From assembly GCF_006345805.1 (NCBI RefSeq), contig NC_043002.1:57908001-57972000 (forward strand): a DNA stretch of 64,000 nt, given 5' to 3'. The DNA comes from Octopus sinensis. Its lineage: Eukaryota. Each line of letters starts with the position of its first letter. The stretch's first letter is position 1. The position numbers were made by a program, and so were the translations under genes. The notes beneath the pieces are model-generated. The model had not been told where the DNA came from. It did no database searches and worked only from the letters and a program-made list of their open reading frames with translations. Shown in pieces: positions 55,006 to 64,000 of this stretch.

Positions 55006-55865
55006 AATGATAGAAGATATATCTGTAAGCAATCAAAACAGCCATCTTAATTTCGAGTCGAATGCTTCACAAATACATTTTTTCTACAAATGTACGATGC
55101 CGTTGGTTTCGTATAAATCACTACTTTCTTTCATAAAACCCTAATAAAAACCACATTTCTTTCGCTAAATCTTCAATTTTATCTTATCTTTCTCTTTTAT
55201 ATCTTTGCCTTCAGTTCTCTTTTTCCTTCTCTTCGATTTTTTTTTGTTTGTTTGAAGTTTGAAGTTTGAATCTTCCAAATTCTAAATATTTTCTTTTGCT
55301 TACGAAAGAACATATCGTATATTTTGCATTTTTCAAATCTTAGTCATTTTATTTTTCATCCCTATCATTTTTTTCCCTGCAAGAAAACTGGAATAATCTG
55401 TTCATCTATTCACAAATATGAATTTTAAAATATATAACTCTACAAAGATTCCCTGCAATGCTTATCAAAACTATTTTGATCTTCACCCGAAATGATGTAA
55501 TCACGGTAAACTAGATTTCGCTTCGCTCGAGCGTTATTCATATTTTTCATATATATTTCGCCTTACATTTTAGCTTACAATCCCCTTCTTCAATCTATAC
55601 TGCATTTACCTGCCTGCATAACCGCCTACCTACCTACCTACATACCTACATACCTGCCTACATATATACCTACCTACATACATACATGCATACATACATA
55701 GGTATGTACGTACATACACAAATACACACAGACAGACCGATAGTCATTAGTACATAGTCATAGATTGATAGAAAGATAGATATATAAATGCGCACATGTA
55801 TGCGTGTGTGCGTGTGTATATATGTTGTATATACAACATATATCCGTATACATATAAACATAAAT

Positions 55866-55951
<86 letters not shown>

Positions 55952-56060
55952 TTTAAAAATTGAGGGAGATAAATTAATATTAATTTTAATATCAATTTAA
56001 AACCAGTAGTCCAGCATTCAAAAAATCTGAGGAGTCAGAGAAAATTCAAATATATGTGTA

Positions 56061-56409
56061 TATTGGCAGGGCTGGCCTGCTAGGTAGCCGGCCAGAATGC
56101 TAGAAATAGATCAGAAACGATCAAACTACAAGGGAAATTCTCTTGGGGGTTAGTCTTGCAGTTTGCATCTCGAGGACCGAATGTACTGAAGAAGTCACGG
56201 ACACTTGAATTATGCAAGTAATTCTTTTGTTAAGACCGAAACCGAGGTATGCATTTAAGTCTGTTTTTTATTTAATTTTTCATATGTCCTGCCCGCCAAA
56301 TTTGGTTCTGGTGTTCGCTGAATTCTTCCTCTAGAGAATTTCCCTTGTAGTTTGATCGTTTATGATCTATTTCTAGCATTCTGGCCGGCTACCTAGCAGG
56401 CCAGCCCTG

Positions 56410-56415
<6 letters not shown>
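56061..56415 (+). mobile_element. ~355-bp cassette with ~82-bp terminal inverted repeats and an internal HHR
   Basis: TATTGGCAGGGCTGGCC...AAATTCTCT (56061-56143) is the reverse complement of 56333-56415 with one substitution; TA/(TA)n flanks. Confidence 0.8.
56180..56255 (+). ncRNA. Type I hammerhead ribozyme motif inside an inverted-repeat cassette
   Basis: Stem I AATGTA/TGCATT. Core CTGAAGA 56186-92. Stem II AGTC/GACC (A-C mismatch at the base) with an inner hairpin GAATTA/TAATTC. GAAA 56238-41. Stem III region ACCGAGGT. GUA 56247-49. Confidence 0.7.
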
Positions 56416-56459
<44 letters not shown>

Positions 56460-56463
<4 letters not shown>

Positions 56464-56652
56464 TAATCCAAACGTGAAAGCACAAAAAAAACATAACGCG
56501 AGGACGTGGAACAAATATAGTATTATTGGACGCTCAGGAAGAAGGTGGGTTTAACGTTTCGAGCGGAGCTCTTCGTCGGAAACATAGGAGAAGGAAAGAT
56601 CCAGAGAAGGGAAGACAGAGGAAAAGAAATCGCCAAGGGTACACACGCGGTC
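56460..56652 (-). mobile_element. Penelope-like terminal repeat fragment containing an HHR
   Basis: Contains the 56549 motif; embedded between (TA)n tracts. Confidence 0.55.
56549..56583 (-). ncRNA. Minimal hammerhead motif with U4C core variant
   Basis: Reverse complement: GTTT CCGACGA A GAGC TCC GCTC GAAA CGTT AAAC. Stem I GTTT/AAAC and stem II GAGC/GCTC are perfect. Confidence 0.7.
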
Positions 56653-58279
56653 ATATATATATATATATATACATGCATACATACATACAGACAGACATAG
56701 AGTAAAGTTTATTTGCTAACAGAATGTTGCACTCCTATACAGGACGATGTTACTGCTGCTTAGCCCAAGGAAAACATCTTTTCCAGCAGGCTACCGACAC
56801 ACAGTTTGTGTCCGGATACCATGAGCAAGGTAATTTATCACTTTCATCTCTAGCCTTCGTGATACTCACAGACCTACACACACACACACACACACACACA
56901 TACACACACATACATGGAAAAGGAGAGGTAATTGTCGAGCTCTGTCCTAGATCGGTACTTTATCGACCTTCAGGAATAGGATGGCCAAATTGAGCTCGGT
57001 GGAATTTGAACACAGAACTACACCCAGTGCTGGAATAAATGGCATAAAGCACCCTTTATCTTCGAAAGTGAGTAACCTTCCGGTGAACCGATCCTTCGAC
57101 CTACTTAACCACCTATATGAAATCACTTCAAATACATTTTACTTTCTGAGAATTTAGAAACTTCGAGAGAACTAAAACAATTCATTTTTATCAATGGAAC
57201 TCGAAATGAGAACAGCTATATATAAAAACGTGTAAATATTGGGTTTAAAACCCTTTTGGAAAGAAAAGAAATGCAAAGGTTTTCCGTCTCATTCGAACCC
57301 ACACCTATAACCGTCATTTTTTTTTTTTTTACTTGACCCTCCAGTCCCATCTTCCCCATGTCTTTACACCGTGCTAATATGATATCGAGACACGCCGTCT
57401 ACATCACATATATTATAATGAACATGTTTACCAATCATCTGAGCATCTACTCAACAAATATGTTTTGTTCTCTTCTATTTTTGGACTCTTCCTAAATAAT
57501 TTGAACTGATTTCTGGTCACTACAAAATTTTTCTGTTAAATTCATTAAATTGTGAATTAATGTTTTATTATATTTTATTTTAATTTAGTTTTCTATCAAA
57601 CGATTTCTTTTATCTGCAAAAATTTCTAATTTATTTGCGATTATTTTTTTTTATTTTTTTATTCTTAAATTATTTTTATATTTGTTTTATTCCGACTCTA
57701 CTTAGAGGATGAACATTTTTTTTTTTTTTTTTGCTTCTTAATTTTTGGAATAACCTTTCAAACGATTCTCACATCTCTCCTATGACATTTTCAATTTTCA
57801 AATGATTTCTTTAAATAATTCCTTGTTTTGATCCTACTGAATCGAAAAATAAATAGCAAGGAACACACACACAATCAGACACTCACACACACTCAGACAT
57901 ACGCATACACACACGCGCACGCACGCACACTCAGAACAATATATTTAACACTGTATATATATATATGTTTGTGTTTATGTGTACAATCACAAGTTTAATT
58001 CTGTTTATGTCTCATCGCTTCTGTAAATGTGTACGTATGTAAGTATGTATGATGTATGTATGTGTGTGTGTGTGCTGTAGTAGGCACGTGAAAGCAATGT
58101 TGCGAATAAACAAATATTTATCTCATATAAAGACAGAGAAAGAGCCAGTGTCTCGTTGCCATGCGACTGGAGGAACAAGATGGCCAAAAGTTTATGAAGA
58201 AAAAATAAGTACTCTGGGTTGGATGTACACATCATAATACCCATATTAATAACAACAACAGCAACAACATTAGTCCTTT

Positions 58280-58470
58280 TAAGTGGAGGCACAAGGCCTC
58301 AAATTTGTGGGGAGGGAAGTAGTCGATTACATCAATCCCAGTGTTTCACTGGTACTTGATTTATCGACTCCGAAAGGATGAAAGGCAAAATAGACGTCGA
58401 CAGAATTTGAACTCAGAACTTAGTGTCGGACGAAATACCGCTGAACATTTCGTCAGCTAACCGCCTTAGC
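58280..58470 (-). mobile_element. SINE family B
   Basis: Reverse-complement body motifs present. Confidence 0.75.
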
Positions 58471-58864
58471 AACAACAATAATAAGTGGTTAAGGCAGAGT
58501 AACGCTACAATGGACTGGCATCCCGTGCAGCTGGAGGGAACATATATGCCACAGAAATTAGGCTTCAAAAGGGCGAAAGAAACAAAGAATTAATTCTGGA
58601 GTATGCCCTATTAAGCTCACCTACGAGTCAGAGCCATCTGGTGATTGTTTTATCAAACACGTGTCTGAGAAATCCACGAATAACTTTTGGGATTTTATAA
58701 TTGCAAACGAAAAGAATGGAGTAAACAAGTCTTTGCATTACACCAATTTAGTATTGCTACACCGGAATTCGATCTCATCTCTCTTGCTCTATTACAGCAA
58801 GATAAGGTGCAGTTTCTATGAAACAATTGTAAACTGATGTAAGAACATGACTTTCGTTGTTCTT

Positions 58865-59159
<295 letters not shown>

Positions 59160-59183
59160 TTTATTTTAAGCAGCAGAAAATTC

Positions 59184-59237
59184 AACAAAATCTGTTACTC
59201 TGAGTTTCTCGTTGCCGTTCATCAGACAGTTTTTGTT
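59184..59237 (-). ncRNA. Type I hammerhead ribozyme motif
   Basis: Reverse complement: AACAAAAACTGT CTGATGA ACG GCAA CGA GAAA CTC A GAG TA ACAGATTTTGTT. Stem I has 11 of 12 pairs, stem II is capped by a GCAA tetraloop, stem III is ACTC/GAGT, and the triplet is GUA. Confidence 0.8.
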
Positions 59238-59302
59238 AGAATGGAACCGATATATCAATTCAATCTAGACTCTAGATTGAATTGATATATCGGTTCCATT
59301 CT

Positions 59303-59354
59303 AGCAAAAACTGTCTGATGAACGGCAACGAGAACTCAGAGTACAGATTTTGTT
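59303..59354 (+). ncRNA. Type I hammerhead motif (inverted copy; two 1-nt deletions)
   Basis: AGCAAAAACTGT CTGATGA ACGGCAACGA GAA CTCAGAG TA CAGATTTTGTT; lacks one A of GAAA and one A after the GUA. Confidence 0.6.
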
Positions 59355-59459
59355 GAATTTTCTGCTGCTTAAAATAAAGCATATTACTCTACCACTGGTA
59401 TTTGAGTATTCTTTTTTCCACCTTGTTTCACATTTATGTGTTTACTCGGTATATATATA

Positions 59460-59497
<38 letters not shown>

Positions 59498-60035
59498 AGA
59501 GGGAACTGTCATCCGTCTCAGTTCGCAGCGTCTGGCTTTCTGGTCCCTGCTGCTGCTGAAGAGCAAATAACTATTCCGAGGTGCACGCATCGAACAGTCT
59601 GGTTCGGCGGAGCTATGAGCTGTCTCGGTGTATTTACACCCATTTGTCCATAACGAAAAATCTTCTCCATGACAAATTACAGTGAATGGCTTCCTTACAG
59701 ATTCGAAGAAGAATATTTGAATTGGTTTTATAAGTTGTATCCCGCCACATCACTGCCTACCGGTGTCACCCTGTGTATATATATATGCGTGCGTGTGTGT
59801 GGTAATTCTTTTCTCAAAAACATTGCACTTCATATTTGAGTTTCCGATAGAGCTATAAGATGTTACTCAGGCTCTCACCTATGAGTCCATTACATCCTTG
59901 TGGTAAAAACAACTGTTAGCAAATGGAGTTTATAAGATAATCGTTTATTCCCTTGTCATCTCAATATACATCGAGACGCGCCCCTTGCGTCTCGGGGGTA
60001 ATAATAATGTTTTCATTTGTCAGCTGTATTTAATA

Positions 60036-61294
60036 TTAAGTTATCTGGAAAGTTCTGGGCGTTTTTAAGCTAAACGTTTTAACGCTTTATTGAACACACC
60101 TGAAATGTAATACAGTTAAAACTTGAAGTGGTAGGGCATCTCTCCTTTGTTGCTAACTATTAAATAGATTTATCTTTCATTCTGATAACTCTTTATTTAC
60201 ATTTGAAATGGATCAGCAAAACTTTCATATTCACATTTAAAAAAAGAAGAAAATGCTGCAAAGACTTGCAAAAACATTTGTGAAGTTTATGGTGCTGATG
60301 ATGCTGTAGGCGAATCAACTGTTCAAAAGTGGTTCGCAAAATTTCAAGCTGGAGGGTTTAACTTGGAAGACGACAGTCGCAGTGGAAGACCTTTAAAATT
60401 GGATAAAGAAATTTTGAAGGCAAAATTTGAAGCAAACTCAAATATCACTAGAGAACTTGCAGAGGAGTTGGAAGTTTCTAATTTACGTCTCATGAACACC
60501 TAGTGAAGCTAGGATACATTTCTCGCTATGTCGCATGGGTCCCTCACAAACTCTCAGAAAAGAACTGCTTGGACCGGTGTTCCGTTTGTGATATGCTTTT
60601 GAAACAGAATCAAAGCATACCCTTTTTGAAACAACTTGTGACTGGAGTTAGAAAATGGATTGTGTATGAAAACGTAGTGCGAAAAAGATCCTGGAGTTTG
60701 CGTAAGGAACCCCCAAAACGGCAACGAAAGACGAATATCCTTGCCAAAAAAGTTATGCTTTGTGTTTGGTGCGATCATAAGGACATTATTTATTATGAGC
60801 TTCTCCACAAAACCAGATCATTAACTCTGATGTGTACTGTCATCAGCTGACTAATTTGAACCAAAAAGAATCAAAGAATTGAGGCCGGAGATTCCCAACA
60901 GGAAAGGGGTAGTGTTCCTACAAGACAATGCCCGACCACTTGTGTCTTTCGCTACCCAAACGAAGTTATATGGATTTGGCTGGGATTTCTTACACCATCC
61001 AAAATATTCTCCTGATGCAACGCCATCCGATTACCACTCGTTTTTGTCTCTACATAACTCATTGCAGGGGAAAATATTTAACGATTTAGATAGAGTCAAA
61101 ATGCATTTAGATAACGTTTTTCTTGAAAACCAGTCAAATTTTATGTTGATGGTATATCTAAATTGCCTGATAGATAGGCAAATGTCATTAATAATAATAG
61201 AAAGTATTTCAGTAAATAAAATTTATTAAAAGGTCAATTATTTATATCCCTTTTTGCATATTCAAAAACGCTCAGAAATTTCCGGACAACCAAA
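60036..61294 (+). mobile_element. Full-length decayed mariner transposon (DD34D)
   Basis: ~30-bp imperfect TIRs with TA on both sides. Motifs include the HTH region (KWFAKFQAG..DDSRSGRP), WVPHKLS, KKVMLCVW and QDNARP..YSPDATPSD with 34-residue D-D spacing; frameshifted. Confidence 0.9.
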
Positions 61295-61421
61295 TAGTTG
61301 GCACATGTATGATAATGTTCATTTTTGATGACTTTTTCGTATATTATCCGCGTTATATACATGATATGCATATGCAATTTACACACATGCACATGTAAAA
61401 ATATATATATATATAGATATA

Positions 61422-61473
<52 letters not shown>

Positions 61474-61505
61474 CTATATATATATATATATATTATATAT
61501 ATATA

Positions 61506-61559
<54 letters not shown>

Positions 61560-61563
<4 letters not shown>

Positions 61564-61770
61564 CATAGGGACTAAAGCCATCTGAATATGGCTAGGAACA
61601 GGACAGGGTGGTGGGGTGTTACTGTTGCATTTAGCCCCAGGCGAACATCGACGTCGCCAGAGCCTATCTGGCGACGTCGATGTTCGCCTGGGGCTAAATG
61701 CAACAGTAACACCCCCACCACCCTGCCCTGTCCCTAGCCATATTCAGATGGCTTTAGTCCCTTATGTTAT
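61560..61770. repeat. Near-perfect palindrome (~102-bp arms, 5-nt loop GCCTA); foldback/MITE-like
   Basis: The arms differ by two substitutions and two 1-nt indels; the left end abuts (TA)n. Confidence 0.85.
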
Positions 61771-61812
61771 CGAGCAGTTACTGTCTATATCTCTTTTAGA
61801 GAATTATTATTG

Positions 61813-61852
<40 letters not shown>

Positions 61853-61869
61853 AAGTATATCGTATACGT

Positions 61870-62120
61870 ATGTAGGTCTATGTATGAGTGTCTTTGTGTC
61901 TGTGCTTGTCCCCTTCCACAACGGGTGTTGACAAACGGTGTTGGTTTGTATACGTTCACGTAACCTAGTGGTTTGATCAAAGACACCGACAGAATAAGTA
62001 CCAGGCTTTAAAAATATAATGGGGGTCGATTCGTTCGCCAAAAAATATTTTTCAAGCCTTTACCCTAGCATGGCCGCAGTCTAATGTCTGAAACATACAA
62101 AAGATAAAAGAATAAAATTA
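61870..62120 (+). mobile_element. SINE family A, 3' half
   Basis: GAATAAGTACCAGGC..GCATGGCCGCAGTCTAATGTCTGAAAC. Confidence 0.75.
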
Positions 62121-63089
62121 CTTTGCTATCGCTGTAACTAGCATCAGACACAATTGCATAATATTCCTTTACTGTACATTATGCATATTATGCGCAATTT
62201 ACACATTTTGCACATAACTCAGATAATACCTGATCAAAAGAAACACAAATGAAAATTATCAGGCATTCACTGACTACTACTTACGTCTGACAAATTCAAA
62301 CATTCTTATTACCACCCAGGACCAACAGACACACCTAGATCTTATCCATGACACCTACAGATTTGATAACAAACAACTGAAAATAATTATTGCCGGTTCG
62401 AGTACACCCTAATTTTGGCGATTCTCAAAATTGTTATAATTTCCCTTATTTACTGCCAAATGCCGCGATCGTTTCAACTGAGGTTTATTTTCTTGAATAA
62501 CTTCATTAGGTGAAGAAGGACGGTCCCGTGGCCCTTTTTCTTGTTGACATCTCAACACCTACTGATGTATTGTTTCACCTGTGAAAAGAAATAATTCATC
62601 CTACAGTCTTCCACACAGTTTCTGTCCAGCGGAAACTGAAAGAAGCCCATCGCATATATACTTTTCTCGCTGTATTGCGTTTTTTAATTTTTTTTTTTTT
62701 TGCATGTTATTTTATTATTGATCTTCTATAAAAATGAAGATATATCCTTTAATTTGCGACTTTTCTTAACACGAAATGAGAAGAAACCTTGCGGAATTGT
62801 TATTTTAACGAGATATATCTATTCATGACCTGAAGAGAAAGATCTGCACCGTCGGATGCTCCTGGACCAGTTGTTAAGCATCCCACCCGTGAGAGATCGA
62901 TGCTAGATGTACTGAAACAATTGTAGTAATTGATAATAAATTCTCGTATATTCCATCTTCCGTCTCTATTTTACCATACATGCATGTATGTGTGTTTGTG
63001 TGAGAGAGTGTGTGTGTTTGAGTGTGTGTGTGTGTGTATGTGTATGGATGTGTGTGTGGGGGGGGTCTGAGTCTGTGTGTCTGTGACTA

Positions 63090-63280
63090 TGTTTTATCCT
63101 CAACTACCGCTTGACACCCGACATTGATGTGTTTAAGTCGCCGCAACCTAGCGGTTCGGCATAAGAGAACGATAGAATAAGTACAAGGCTTCAAAATATA
63201 AAGTACTGGGATCGATTCATTCGACAAGACGGTGTCCCATCATGGCCGCAGTCTAATGACTGAAACGAGTAAAAAAATAA
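63090..63280 (+). mobile_element. SINE family A, 3' half
   Basis: GCGGTTCGGCATAAGAGAACGATAGAATAAGTAC..CATGGCCGCAGTCTAATGACTGAAAC. Confidence 0.75.
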
Positions 63281-63530
63281 GAGATGAAATGAAAAAGACA
63301 TTTCGTTTGCACTTAAGGTTCTTTAGATTAATTTGGTTTAGAAATATATTTCGAGATGCAGTAAATTGATTTACTACCAGTGGGGAAAGAATCCGAAATG
63401 TTTGGCACTTTACCACTTTTTTAATTTAATTTAGTTTAATTTTATTTGTGAAAGAGAATATACTGGGGCGTTGTCTTTTTGAACGCAAGATTTGCGAAAG
63501 AAAAGGAAAAGAAATAGGGGTATATTATAA

Positions 63531-63670
63531 TGTGGAGGCGCAATGGCCCAGTGATTAGGGCAGCGGACTCGCGGTCGTAGGATCGCGGTTTCGATTCCCA
63601 GACCGGGAGTTGTGAGCGTTTATTGAGCGAAAACACCTAAAGCTCCACGAAGCTCCAGCGCGGGGTGGGG
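63531..63670 (+). mobile_element. SINE family C, 5' part
   Basis: GGAGGCGCAATGGCCCAGTGATTAGGGCAGCGGACTCGCGGTCGTAGGATCGCGGTTTCGATTCCC. Confidence 0.8.
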
Positions 63671-64000
63671 ATTAGAAATGCTATCTCTTTAAAAATAATG
63701 TGGCTGGTTGATGGCAGTCACATGATCAGGTGATAGGATTTTCTGCGTTGATAAGATAAAATTTAGTTTACATAAATACATCCAAACCAAGTATTTGAGT
63801 TTTCGGCAAGGAGATAAAACGTTTGTCAATCGGCGGGCACTAAAGTTTTAGTCTCACTATGATCAGAAACCATAATTGTTTGCAGGATCTTAACTTGAAA
63901 ATAAGGTGAGTAGAGAAATAACAGACCATTTATAGTTCTCGGATCTGGCTGTAGAATCTCACATCTGGATGGAATTTGACAGTTATTACTATTTTATACA

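Noticed and set aside
61700-61770. Twister-like words (TAACAC..TGTCCCTAGCCA) in the right arm of the 61.6 kb hairpin
   Set aside because: The downstream P2 and pseudoknot partners (GTG..GAGGG-type) are absent.

Overview
AT-rich, repeat-dense eukaryotic DNA, most likely an octopod cephalopod (Octopus-like). That assignment is inferred from the SINE families and the microsatellite load. No host protein-coding gene, tRNA, rRNA or CRISPR array could be supported, and almost all ORFs in the supplied track are microsatellite translations. The window holds dozens of copies of three main tRNA-type SINE families, decayed R4/Dong-like and RTE-like LINE pieces, several mariner/maT DNA transposons and MITEs, and a 100-N gap. 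The main result, read by hand, is ten type I hammerhead ribozyme (HHR) motifs from five to six sequence families, consistent with Penelope-like or retrozyme-type elements. Six of them form three outward-facing inverted pairs (16.05-16.5 kb, 18.9-19.4 kb, 59.16-59.38 kb). One lies inside a cassette bounded by ~82-bp inverted repeats (56.06-56.41 kb). Three are minimal motifs that could fold only as dimers, with covarying stems (27.4, 48.05, 56.55 kb). All folds were derived by eye and none is experimentally tested. Two foldbacks show indel-dominated arm differences that may be long-read errors.
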